Assembly (NCBI GenBank): GCA_963664325.2
Contig: CAXXDQ010000007.1
Span: forward strand, 512,001 to 576,000
Direction: 5' to 3'
DNA length: 64,000 nucleotides
Source of the DNA: Desulfomonilia bacterium
Lineage (GTDB): Bacteria > Desulfobacterota > Desulfomonilia > UBA1062
Shown here: piece after piece, positions 29,534 to 38,355 of the stretch
Numbering within the stretch: the first letter of the stretch is position 1
Layout of the letters: every line of letters begins with the position of its first letter
The notes under the pieces: model-generated
What the model was told of the DNA's origin: nothing
Seen by the model: only the letters and a program-made list of their open reading frames with translations
The model's database searches: none
Made by a program: the position numbers and the translations under genes

Positions 29534-31358
29534 CATTCCCCTGCTGACCACAACCGTATCCTTCTGCGGCGCTCTCTCACTGACACTTGCCGGCATGATG
29601 CCGTGGCCCATGCTGGCTGTTGTTGCAGCCATACATGTTGCCGCTTATCTCTGGCTGTTTGAAAGAGAGCTCCTGCCCTCGTATTTTTTCGGGATATTCA
29701 TGGCGGCCGTTTTTCTCGGGGAGTGCATCAGGATATTTTCGACTGGAAGCGAGGGCGTACTGCCTGCATTGCGAGACATGATCCTGATTCTGGCGGTGGG
29801 CAGGCTCATTCTGAAAAAAACCTCAAGGGAAATCTACCAGATACTCGGAATCAGCCTGGCCGAATGCATACTTGCAACGGTGTTTACAATAAGCCCCGTG
29901 TTTCTCATCGGACTGATGATAGATGCATTTCTCATACCTGTTGTCCTTTATCTCCTTGACGGTTATGAATTCGAGAAGAAAGAGCCTTCGTCGGCACCTC
30001 ATTACCGCCACTGGATATTGATTTTTGTCTCCATTATCGCGGTGAGCATTGTCATGTTCTTTCTAATACCGCGGCCTTCTTCGACTATTCTATCAATGAA
30101 CCTCATCAAAAAGCATCAGACAGGCTTTTCAGAAGAGGTCAACCTTTCAAGGGAAGGCGCCCTCGAACAGGACCGGGAAGTCGTCATGCGCCTGGTCTGG
30201 AAAAAAGGCCGTCCCGAAGATAAAATCTATCTCTCTGGTGCCAGACTGGAAATGCTTGATAAGACCGGCTTCAGGAAGGCTCCGGGCCCGGTTGAATACA
30301 TATATTTCAATAAAGGCTATTCGGACAGCCTTACGATTTATCCTACGGGAATTGAGTCGAAAAATGTTTTCTTTACATATTCCCTGGCCTCGGTGTTTCC
30401 GGAAAAAATATACAGGGAAGGGATTAATTTTTACTGGAGCAAGGAAGCGCCTCCCCTTTATGACGTTAATGTAAGCAGGCAAAACGATACTTCCGGAAAA
30501 CAGATTGCGGATGTTCCGGAAAGCCTTGTCAGGGTTGCCGATCTCGGGAAAGGGATTGCAGGAACCGGTCCGGCCGGAAGCAAGGCAAGAAGGATCATGG
30601 AATACCTCGGCTCACACTGTTCATACAGCCTTGAAGGCATGCAGGTGCCCAAGGACAAAACACCGGTAGAAGTCTTTCTGGAAAAAAGGAAGGGCGCCTG
30701 CGAACACTTTGCCAGCGCAATGGCCGTCATGCTCAGGGGAGCAGGCATACCATCAAGGGTAGTTACAGGGTTTCTGGTTACTGAATTCAACACAGCAGGC
30801 AATTATTATATAATCAGGTCAAGCGATGCGCACGCCTGGGTGGAGTACTGGGACAAGGCATGGATAATGGCTGACCCGACACCATCGGGAGGGATCCCGC
30901 CCAAAAAGGTCCAGACCAACTGGCTCGACGCAATGCGCTTCAGATGGATCCGCTGGGTTATAGAATATTCGCTGGATGACCAGATAAACTTTGCAAAATT
31001 CGTCAGGTTCAACGCGCCGAAAATCCCGAAGGCGGCCGCCACTCCGAAATGGCTGTCATTGTTAATCCCGGTACTTGTCCTGATATCTGCCGGACTTTTG
31101 TATGTCAGGCGCAGGAGAATGTCCCTTTATGAAAAAGCGATTTCAGCTCTAACACGAAAAGGGCTTAAACTCGATGAAGGAGCTGTTCATGAAATCCACC
31201 TCGAACAGGTCCGTGAACAGCGGCCCGAACTTTCAGCAGCGTTCGAGTCCTATCAGAATAAATACTTTTCCTGGCGTTTCGGAGACAGAAAGATCGACAT
31301 GAAGAAATTGACGGATGAGTTTATCATCCGCATCTCTGCCTGGAAAAACCAGCCATAA
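29493..31358 (+). CDS. DUF3488 + transglutaminase-like membrane protein (TgpA-like)
   Basis: Multi-TM N-terminus; GACEHFASA, GIPSRVVTGF, AHAWVE and DPTP (Cys-His-Asp triad). Confidence 0.9.
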   Translation: MKASMAMQRAFISDIPLLTTTVSFCGALSLTLAGMMPWPMLAVVAAIHVAAYLWLFERELLPSYFFGIFMAAVFLGECIRIFSTGSEGVLPALRDMILILAVGRLILKKTSREIYQILGISLAECILATVFTISPVFLIGLMIDAFLIPVVLYLLDGYEFEKKEPSSAPHYRHWILIFVSIIAVSIVMFFLIPRPSSTILSMNLIKKHQTGFSEEVNLSREGALEQDREVVMRLVWKKGRPEDKIYLSGARLEMLDKTGFRKAPGPVEYIYFNKGYSDSLTIYPTGIESKNVFFTYSLASVFPEKIYREGINFYWSKEAPPLYDVNVSRQNDTSGKQIADVPESLVRVADLGKGIAGTGPAGSKARRIMEYLGSHCSYSLEGMQVPKDKTPVEVFLEKRKGACEHFASAMAVMLRGAGIPSRVVTGFLVTEFNTAGNYYIIRSSDAHAWVEYWDKAWIMADPTPSGGIPPKKVQTNWLDAMRFRWIRWVIEYSLDDQINFAKFVRFNAPKIPKAAATPKWLSLLIPVLVLISAGLLYVRRRRMSLYEKAISALTRKGLKLDEGAVHEIHLEQVREQRPELSAAFESYQNKYFSWRFGDRKIDMKKLTDEFIIRISAWKNQP

Positions 31359-31464
31359 GTTTTTCTTCAAAATATCATAGTAAGTTTTCAAGGTTTTGTG
31401 CCTGGGCATTCACTTCCAGATTGGGGATTTCAGCAGATATAACTTTGAAGATGGTAACCAATCG

Positions 31465-31513
31465 CGAGGCCGCGGTCAACTGTGGCTTCGGCGGCGGATT
31501 ATGCGCTTTTTTT
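31465..31513 (+). terminator. G-U-containing hairpin with downstream T tract at the island edge
   Basis: CGAGGCCGCGG-tcaa-CTGTGGCTTCG forms 11 bp with wobble pairs on the + strand; T7 run near 31507. Confidence 0.45.
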
Positions 31514-31525
31514 ATAATGTGATGC

Positions 31526-31738
31526 TTAACCGTCTACAACTTCCCTGATCATTTTCTGATAGGAAGTCTTATGAGTCTTTGCCTGCTCTTTGAAAAAGCT
31601 GATGCTGGACTTCTTAAGCGAAATGGTGACCTTCACATTATCTTCTTTCAGCACCAGCTGATCCGGGGGCGGCAGAAAGTCATTAACTACTTTCAGATCG
31701 CCTATGGGTTCATCAGTATACTTTGTTTTGCTTTTCAT
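31526..31738 (-). CDS. BrnA/CopG-like ribbon-helix-helix antitoxin (70 aa)
   Basis: MKSKTKYTDEPIG...DFLPPPDQL...VKVTISL...FFK...YQKMIR; its start overlaps the end of a BrnT-like relic. Confidence 0.8.
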   Translation of the reverse strand: MKSKTKYTDEPIGDLKVVNDFLPPPDQLVLKEDNVKVTISLKKSSISFFKEQAKTHKTSYQKMIREVVDG

Positions 31739-31799
31739 ATATTTTCCTCCCTTTTCTCCAGTAGCCTGCGCCATATATGCGAATTACGTTACCGAGGTA
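31713..31799 (-). pseudogene. C-terminal remnant of a BrnT-like toxin
   Basis: Manual translation YLGNVIRIYGAGYWRKGRKIYEKQNKVY*; in-frame TAG at 31803-31805 upstream and no start codon. Confidence 0.75.
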
Positions 31800-31805
31800 G
31801 GACTA

Positions 31806-31862
31806 GGGATTGCTAATGATAATATGATAACAAGTTTTTAGTCATTTTATCATCAGCGTCCC
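31806..31862. repeat. imperfect palindrome, REP/MITE-like, at the junction of two broken genes
   Basis: Left arm GGGATTGCTAATGATAATATGA; reverse complement of the right arm is GGGACGCTGATGATAAAATGA. Confidence 0.6.
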
Positions 31863-32005
31863 CCGGTTAGTTTCCTTGCATCCTTCAATGCAGATAGTTT
31901 TATATTCTGATCACCGCTGGTAAATGCTTGGCAATAACGTCGGTCATAAGAAAACCACTGATTAAGATAATGAAGAGAACAGTATTCAAAAGTTGTAATT
32001 GCCAT
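31853..32005 (-). pseudogene. probably truncated cassette ORF (50 aa, hypothetical)
   Basis: ATG lies 12 nt after an attC-like GTTAGGT; reads MAITTFEYCSLHYLNQWFSYD... and stops inside the palindrome. Confidence 0.5.
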
Positions 32006-32017
32006 ATTATTTCTAAT

Positions 32018-32073
32018 ACCTAACGAATAAATCATCTAGAGCGTATTGATCGGCTTGATTAATCCTGTTGGTC
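32018..32073 (-). mobile_element. attC-like integron recombination site
   Basis: Minus strand GACCAAC-aggattaatcaagccgatcaatacgctctagatgatttattc-GTTAGGT, 2 nt after the nuclease stop; internal AATCA/TGATT and AGC/GCT pairing. Confidence 0.6.
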
Positions 32074-32075
32074 AT

Positions 32076-32564
32076 TCACCATACCCAACTTTCTGATTCA
32101 AGCTTCAGTCGAAGGTGATGGACGTTTGGATCAAGTGCATATTTTTTAAGATAATTCTCACCCATTTTCCAATCTTCTATTGCTTTGCCGTTGTTGCCTC
32201 TATATTTCATGTCGTAATTATCTAAACTGGTAAGGAACAAGTCAGCGGAATCACTTGCTTCAACATATATTGCTATCCATGTCTCGCAATTAAAATCTTC
32301 ACATGTTTGTTTCGCTTTTTCCCTATCATTGCTTGCTCTTTTGAATATGTTGACAGAATCTTTCTCAGTCCCAGTGATTCTTGTACGGGACTTGACAGTA
32401 ATTCCAATTCTTCTTTTTGACTCACGATGGTATGCAATAATATCAATTCCAATATGATCGACCAGAACGACCTCCAAACCTGACCTGGATAACCAGTTAC
32501 AGACAAGATGTTCGCCAAAATCACCAACTATTTTTGCATGTCTTGAGCTTTTTTTGATCTCCAT
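32076..32564 (-). CDS. PD-(D/E)XK-fold nuclease-like hypothetical protein (gene cassette)
   Basis: GDFGE...GIDIIA...ITVKS pattern; AT-rich; bracketed by attC-like sites. Confidence 0.7.
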   Translation of the reverse strand: MEIKKSSRHAKIVGDFGEHLVCNWLSRSGLEVVLVDHIGIDIIAYHRESKRRIGITVKSRTRITGTEKDSVNIFKRASNDREKAKQTCEDFNCETWIAIYVEASDSADLFLTSLDNYDMKYRGNNGKAIEDWKMGENYLKKYALDPNVHHLRLKLESESWVW

Positions 32565-32574
32565 ATTATCCCAT

Positions 32575-32639
32575 TCCCAACATGGGCATCAGCGGAAGGC
32601 GAACGATTTATTGCCGATCCGGTATATGCCTTTTTTAAT
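32575..32639 (-). mobile_element. degenerate attC-like site
   Basis: Minus strand attaaaa-aaGGCATataCCGGAtcggc...gccTTCCGctgATGCCcat-GTTGGGA; the R'' AAC reads AAA; ends 10 nt before the nuclease ATG. Confidence 0.5.
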
Positions 32640-32855
32640 AAGTTATTTATTCCTTTTGGGTTACGAAGACAATTACTACATGCTGCAATGAATTGCGTCT
32701 GGTGCCAGTGGGACAAACCTTTACCGGTAGGCATATAGGATTAAGTTTCCATAATTGCAATGAAGCGCCGATTCGATCAATCCCACAGGTTAGATATCCG
32801 TAAGTATTTTTCTCACGTCCTTGCATTTGAAATTCATCTGAGATATTGCGCGGAT

Positions 32856-34115
32856 ATGTTTGAAGACAGCCCATCGCTTATTTTTGCAGACTCAAAAGGC
32901 AATATAATTGATTTCGAGCCGCTCGCAATGGCCGGCAGGACCTGGGACTATATCGAGCCTGTTGAAACGCCCGACTTGATACCAATGCCGAAAGGCTCCC
33001 AGCTCTATGTGCTGCCGGACAGGCATTCCATGGGGTTTGACAGAGAAACTGGCGAGCTTGTCGTCCTTGACGAGAATCCTTTCGAACCCGGCACACCCGC
33101 ATTCGCAGTGAGCGTGTTTCTGCCTGCCGCCTATTCACAGACCTATATAGCCCCCTGGCGCAAAAACAGAGAGGCTTGCGTACTGCCGCTTTTCCCGTAC
33201 ACAGCAGCCGGCTGGCACGGGGAAAATTTTGTTGCGGCTGGCGTACGGGTGGATGATTCAAGAAGACAGGACCCGGAGATGTTCGACCATGACAAGATCA
33301 GCAAGGGGATTGCCGAATGGAGGAAAGACCTGCCTGAAAACAGGCTCGTCAGACACCTCTCAAACTGCGCTGAATGCTATTCCTGCCCGGCCGCGCTTAA
33401 TCTTTTTCAGGGACGCGAAGAGGCCCCTCTTCCGACATCACCCGGATGCAATGCGACCTGTATAGGCTGCATATCACTGCAGGAGAAGTGCGGCCCCCCA
33501 TCCCCGCAGCAGCGAATAAATTTCGTCCCGTCTCCAGAAGAAATCGCGGAAGTCGCCCTGCGCCACATCCATGCAGTAAATCAACCGGTCGTCAGCTTCG
33601 GCCAGGGCTGCGAAGGAGAACCGCTTCTTGTGGCTGATACAATAATGAAAGCCATAGTCCTTATCAGAAAGAGCACGCTAAAGGGCACTATCAATCTCAA
33701 TTCAAATTCAAGCCTGCCGGAAGAGATCGCAGAACTTGCGGACGCAGGCCTTGACAGCCTGCGCATAAGCATGAACTCGCCCAGAGAAGCCACTTATGTC
33801 AAATATTTCAGACCCAAATATCCATTCGAGGCACTCAGGCAGAGTGCGCTTGAAATGAAAAAACGCGGCAAGTTCGTTTCTTTGAACCTGTTCGTCTTTC
33901 CCGGCCTGACCGATGCGCCCAAAGAGGTCAAGGCCTTAAAGCGGTTCTTAAGCGAAACCGGCATCGACATGATACAGTGGCGCAACCTCAACATGGATCC
34001 GGATGCTTATATAGAGGCTCTTGATCTGAAACTTGAGCCGGGTATGGGTATTAAAAATCTCATCGAATCCCTTCCTCTCAGAAAAGGCTACTTCAATCCT
34101 TTCATCCCGAAATGA
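32856..34115 (+). CDS. radical SAM protein of unknown function
   Basis: CNATCIGC motif, SFGQGCEGEP and an additional CAECYSC; start moved to ATG 32856. Confidence 0.88.
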   Translation: MFEDSPSLIFADSKGNIIDFEPLAMAGRTWDYIEPVETPDLIPMPKGSQLYVLPDRHSMGFDRETGELVVLDENPFEPGTPAFAVSVFLPAAYSQTYIAPWRKNREACVLPLFPYTAAGWHGENFVAAGVRVDDSRRQDPEMFDHDKISKGIAEWRKDLPENRLVRHLSNCAECYSCPAALNLFQGREEAPLPTSPGCNATCIGCISLQEKCGPPSPQQRINFVPSPEEIAEVALRHIHAVNQPVVSFGQGCEGEPLLVADTIMKAIVLIRKSTLKGTINLNSNSSLPEEIAELADAGLDSLRISMNSPREATYVKYFRPKYPFEALRQSALEMKKRGKFVSLNLFVFPGLTDAPKEVKALKRFLSETGIDMIQWRNLNMDPDAYIEALDLKLEPGMGIKNLIESLPLRKGYFNPFIPK

Positions 34116-34987
34116 GAATCATTTTCACTTCAGACCTTCACGGCAAAGTCAACCTGTATGAGCAGATGTTCGCCCTGTCCATAAGCAGAGATGCAGACCT
34201 GGTAATTATGGGCGGAGATATCATGCCCACTGAATTCGGCGGCCTTTTCGACCTGGCCCAGGGAGTGAACGTCTATCAAAAAAGTCTGGACTTTCAGCTT
34301 GAGTTTATAGACAGCTATCTGGCGCCGCGTATAAAGAAGTTCAAAATGGAAAATCCGGAAAAAGAGATCTTCTATATTCCGGGTAACCATGACTGGAACA
34401 TGGCAACACGGCACCTCGAAGAAAGTCTTGAGGATGCCTTTAACCTTCATGGCAGGATTGCAACTTTCATGGGGTACTATTTCTCCGGCTACGGCTGCGT
34501 AATCGACTCCCGCTTCTGGGTAAAAGACCTTGTGAGAAGAGATTTTCCCGATGACAAAGGCTCTCCCGGCAGGTTTTCATGCATCAGTACGCCTGAAGGC
34601 ATGAGGCTGTACAAAGACACGGCATACCTTGACCTGAACAAGAGTATTGAAGAGGAGCTTGCAGCCCTTGGAATAATCGAGCCTTCAAAAACAGTTTGCG
34701 TTTTTCACTCGCCTCCATTTGGAACCATGATTGACACCCTGCATGACGGCAAACCCATAGGGAGCAAGGCAATCCGTAATTTCATTGAAAAGTTTCAGCC
34801 TCTGATTTCTCTTCACGGACACATACACGAGGCGCCTTATATGACCGGCCTGTTCCTTAACAGGCTCGGCAAAACCCCGTGTATAAATCCGGGACACTAC
34901 AAAGACGACCTCCATGCGGTGATAATCAACCTGTCGGGAATGGAACCTGAAATAAAACATACGCTTTTCAGGAATGTTCCAAGTTGA
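34112..34987 (+). CDS. Icc-like metallophosphoesterase
   Basis: DLHG, GGD, GNHD, HSPP and HGHIHE motifs; ATGA overlap with the radical SAM gene. Confidence 0.9.
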   Translation: MRIIFTSDLHGKVNLYEQMFALSISRDADLVIMGGDIMPTEFGGLFDLAQGVNVYQKSLDFQLEFIDSYLAPRIKKFKMENPEKEIFYIPGNHDWNMATRHLEESLEDAFNLHGRIATFMGYYFSGYGCVIDSRFWVKDLVRRDFPDDKGSPGRFSCISTPEGMRLYKDTAYLDLNKSIEEELAALGIIEPSKTVCVFHSPPFGTMIDTLHDGKPIGSKAIRNFIEKFQPLISLHGHIHEAPYMTGLFLNRLGKTPCINPGHYKDDLHAVIINLSGMEPEIKHTLFRNVPS

Positions 34988-35056
34988 TTCTTTACTCATT
35001 CTGAAACCGGCAAATGTTTTTTTACCGGGATTTTTTCGTTATTTCGGCATTTATTC

Positions 35057-36052
35057 TCAATAAAGGCTGAAACCTTTTTCTTCTATTATTTTTTCACCAT
35101 GTTTTACCGAAACAGATACCGCCGACTGCGTCAATCCGATATGCCTGCCGACCTGTGTCGCTGAAATGCCAAGTTCCCTGACAGCCCAGTAACAGAATAC
35201 ACGGCGGGCTTCAACCGAGGCGCGGTATTTCCCCGGGGACGTTAACGGATTTATTCCAAGAAGCTGTCTTACCCTTGAAGCAAGCTTCTTTAAGTCATAA
35301 CCCCTGATCCTGAGCTGCAGTTTTCTGTCAAGCTCTTCTTCGGATTTCTTTAATGTCGATAATACGAAATCACTGTCGCCAAGAATACGCTCATCACCTT
35401 TAAGTTTCATTCCTTTTGATCTCCGGTCAAGAACAGATTGCCAGCCTCCTGCACTTCTTACCAGTCCCCCTCCGGTCAGATCGGTTCTTTTCCCTTTTGA
35501 TATTCCGGCACTGACAAATTTACGATATTTCATTCTTGCATAACCTGTTCTGGGGGCGAAATATTTTAAAACATGACCGGTGTCTTCAAAAAAGGTCTCC
35601 CTCTGCCCCATGACCGCCGAATGTCCGCAGTATGGGTAACTGTCCAGGTCATCCAGCGTTCTTACAAGCCCTGTACGCAATGGGTTCAGATGAATATACC
35701 TGACAAGTTCAAGCATGTAAGCGTCTTCCTGTGATAGTATTGATTTGTAGCGGTTTTGAAAAAGATGGCCCTTCCTTCTGTGCCTCCGGTTAAAATACTG
35801 GGCATGGCCGGTCAACAGTCTTCTCATTACTGTTGCCACAGGTACATTTCCCGTCCTCAGCAAGAGGTGAAAATGGTTTGGAAGCAGAGCCCATGCATAG
35901 CATGATGTTTTCGTCTCAGTCAGTATAGCTGCAAGTCTGTCTAAAAAAGATTTCCGGTCTTCGTCATCGGCAAATATTTTCTGCCTGACCACGCCCCTTA
36001 CTATGATGTGATGAAGTGCACCTGATGAGTCTATCCTGGCCTTTCTCGGCAT
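35057..36052 (-). mobile_element. REP-associated tyrosine transposase-like (Y1/HUH) with C-terminal HTH (DnaA_C-like)
   Basis: MPRKAR, HHIIVRG, LPNHFHLL (HUH), GHLFQNRYKS and YIHLNP (catalytic Tyr); C-terminal ARRVFCYWAVRELG...QSAVS. Confidence 0.88.
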
Positions 36053-36338
36053 AATCAATCCCTCTTGAGTCTATACATGCAAACATTACTGGCCCTGCTG
36101 CTTATTCACGGCTACAGGTTCCATGAAAACCGTGCAACTGATATCCGCCAAAGCAGGTTAATTATCAGACAGTCAGGCTTACTTCAAGCTTTTTTCATAT
36201 TGTAAGGAGCGTCCCTTAGTACCGCACGACATCTTGCATACTGATATGTTTTGTCGTTTCCGGGTAATTTCATGCAATCATCGAACCATTAACCGAGCCA
36301 TCGGCAGGATGGAAAAAATTCATCTGTTGATCAGGTAA

Positions 36339-36370
36339 TGGGTTATGCCCCGTTTACGGGACACAACCCA
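36339..36370 (-). terminator. 14-bp hairpin downstream of ompA
   Basis: Minus strand TGGGTTGTGTCCCG-taaa-CGGGGCATAACCCA. Confidence 0.6.
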
Positions 36371-36405
36371 CTCCACACATTCTTGATTCTTTAAGACTGT
36401 TCTTC

Positions 36406-37473
36406 CTATTCCACTGTCTTCACAGTCCAGTAATCAACTGAGGCCTCAACCCTCCTGTTCTTTTTTCTGCCCTCTTCCGTCTTGTTGCTGGCAATGGGCC
36501 TCTCAAGGCCATACCCAACTGTTTTCAACCGCGAGGCATCAATCCCCAATTTATCAACAAGATACTTCTTTACGCTTTCAGCCCTTTTCTGGGAAAGCGT
36601 CTTATTATATTTGGCGGTCCCGACATTATCAGTATAGCCCTCAATTGTCACATTCAAATCCGGATATTTTTTCAGGACATCGGCAAATTTTACCAGTTCA
36701 CTGTCATACTCTGGAATAATATCAGCCTTGTTTGTTTTGAACTTCACATCAATTGTCGCCCTGCCTTTTTCCTTGATTTCCTTTTCGATAACTGTAGGCG
36801 CAGCAACCGGGGCTGGAGCAGGTGCCGGCTCAGGTTCAACGACGGGCGCCGGCTTTGGAGGCTCTACAACAACCGGAGGAGCCACCTCGACGACGGGAGC
36901 GGGTTTCGGTTTGTCTCCCAGATAACAGCCAAGTCCCAAAGTGTATTCCAGGTTGTTTACCGGGTTGCCATCAAAAGCATTAAAAACAAGGAGATGACGG
37001 AAATCAGCCCGTATAAACCAGTCCTCTGATACAAATATTCTCGCACCCGCTCCATAATCAGCCACAAAATTATCTTTCGGCTTTGCTCCTTCAACATCGA
37101 CATTCCTGTCGCCGGCTCCGACCGCCAGATACGGGACAAACCGGCTGTTAGGCATTAGATATATAAGTCCCTCAAGCCTGTATCCCAGAAGATTAACATC
37201 AGCTCCCTCGGCAACTGCTGTTTTCCCATAGATTTTGTCCCTTTTCATATCCGATGCACCTATTTCAAAAGGTATTTCCAGGCCTAAATATTTCGAAAAA
37301 TCATATCCAAGCCTTAACATTCCAATGCCTGCAATATTTATCTCTTCCCTCGAATCAAATGAGTAACCGCCACCTGAAAGCGACAAAGTTACACCACTGT
37401 CCCTGTTTGCGGCAAAGACTTGAAAAGAGAACACGACCGATAATAGAACTGTTAAAAATATTATTTTTTTCAT
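36406..37473 (-). CDS. OmpA/OprF family outer membrane protein
   Basis: Signal peptide, beta-barrel, Pro-rich linker, IEGYTD...LSQKRAESV...NRRVE. Confidence 0.93.
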   Translation of the reverse strand: MKKIIFLTVLLSVVFSFQVFAANRDSGVTLSLSGGGYSFDSREEINIAGIGMLRLGYDFSKYLGLEIPFEIGASDMKRDKIYGKTAVAEGADVNLLGYRLEGLIYLMPNSRFVPYLAVGAGDRNVDVEGAKPKDNFVADYGAGARIFVSEDWFIRADFRHLLVFNAFDGNPVNNLEYTLGLGCYLGDKPKPAPVVEVAPPVVVEPPKPAPVVEPEPAPAPAPVAAPTVIEKEIKEKGRATIDVKFKTNKADIIPEYDSELVKFADVLKKYPDLNVTIEGYTDNVGTAKYNKTLSQKRAESVKKYLVDKLGIDASRLKTVGYGLERPIASNKTEEGRKKNRRVEASVDYWTVKTVE

Positions 37474-37685
37474 AACTACCCCCCCTTTTAAGGTGTTTAA
37501 ACCTTAAAATATGTAATCCTTTTTTGATAATCAGGATAATCCTTATTTTCCGATTCCAAAAACCTTACTTTTACAGTCTTCATTATCCTTTATGTAGCTG
37601 GTGGTTTTTACTCCATTCCGTATTTTGTCAGCCCGTATCTCGAAAACATGCTCACAGAAATGCCGAATCAAAAGTCATGTGTCGG

Positions 37686-37730
37686 AAAAATCAGGGCACC
37701 CGACCCATCGGTTCATCATGGATCGGGTGC
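37686..37730 (-). terminator. terminator-like hairpin after mscL
   Basis: Minus strand GCACCCGATCCAT-N9-ATGGGTCGGGTGC then cctgaTTTTT. Confidence 0.6.
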
Positions 37731-37781
37731 GCAAGCAAGCTTTAATACATATTGAATGCTTGATTTGCAGAGAGGCAGTGT

Positions 37782-38237
37782 TCAATCAACCTGCTTGACT
37801 TCAGATGTGCAGTGGCTGCACCTGACCGCCTTTTTGGGAATTTCCGACAGGCAAAAAGGGCAATCCCTTGTTGAAGGTACTTTTGCATCTGATGGCTTCC
37901 TCAACCTGTTCATAGCCTTTACAAGGAGAAAAACCGCAAACGATATTATTAAAAAGGAAACAACCACGTTTATAAATGCCCCGTAATTGAGCGTAACAGC
38001 CCCTGCAGCTTTGGCCTGTGCGAGTGTGGCAAAGGAAGTTGCCGCTTCTTTCCCAGCCTTTAAAACAACAAACAGGTTTGAGAAATCAACGTTACCCAGC
38101 AGCAGGCCGATTGGAGGCATGATGATATCGTCCACCAGAGATTTAACGATTGCACCGAAGGCAGCTCCGATAATTATACCGACAGCCATATCCATTGCGT
38201 TTCCCTTAACCGCGAATTCCTTGAATTCCTTCCACAT
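37782..38237 (-). CDS. mscL: large-conductance mechanosensitive channel with C-terminal Zn ribbon
   Basis: [23 protein letters not shown] and YGAFIN; tail CPFC...CSHC. Confidence 0.95.
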   Translation of the reverse strand: MWKEFKEFAVKGNAMDMAVGIIIGAAFGAIVKSLVDDIIMPPIGLLLGNVDFSNLFVVLKAGKEAATSFATLAQAKAAGAVTLNYGAFINVVVSFLIISFAVFLLVKAMNRLRKPSDAKVPSTRDCPFCLSEIPKKAVRCSHCTSEVKQVD

Positions 38238-38355
38238 GGCTTTACCCCCTTTCTATATTTTTTCTGTTTATGCTCATTTCAATTCCAGGGAAAGTTTTAT
38301 TGAATCTTTAAAACATGCCTGATTGATTCTTCATATTCCTGAAGAATTCAGCTGC

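Noticed and set aside
27721-31358. MoxR-DUF58-transglutaminase as a novel system
   Set aside because: This is a widespread, already described gene trio.
32528-32874. Short minus-strand ORFs upstream of the nuclease as a further cassette or integrase fragment
   Set aside because: No tyrosine-recombinase motifs; one ORF runs through the attC-like site and the other overlaps the radical SAM start.
35235-35243. GGGGACGTT inside the RAYT gene as the second element end
   Set aside because: It lies in coding sequence (LTSPG) about 180 nt before the stop, so it cannot delimit the whole gene.
36780-36910. Repetitive GC-rich tract in ompA
   Set aside because: It encodes the ordinary Pro/Ala/Val-rich OmpA linker, not a DNA repeat element.
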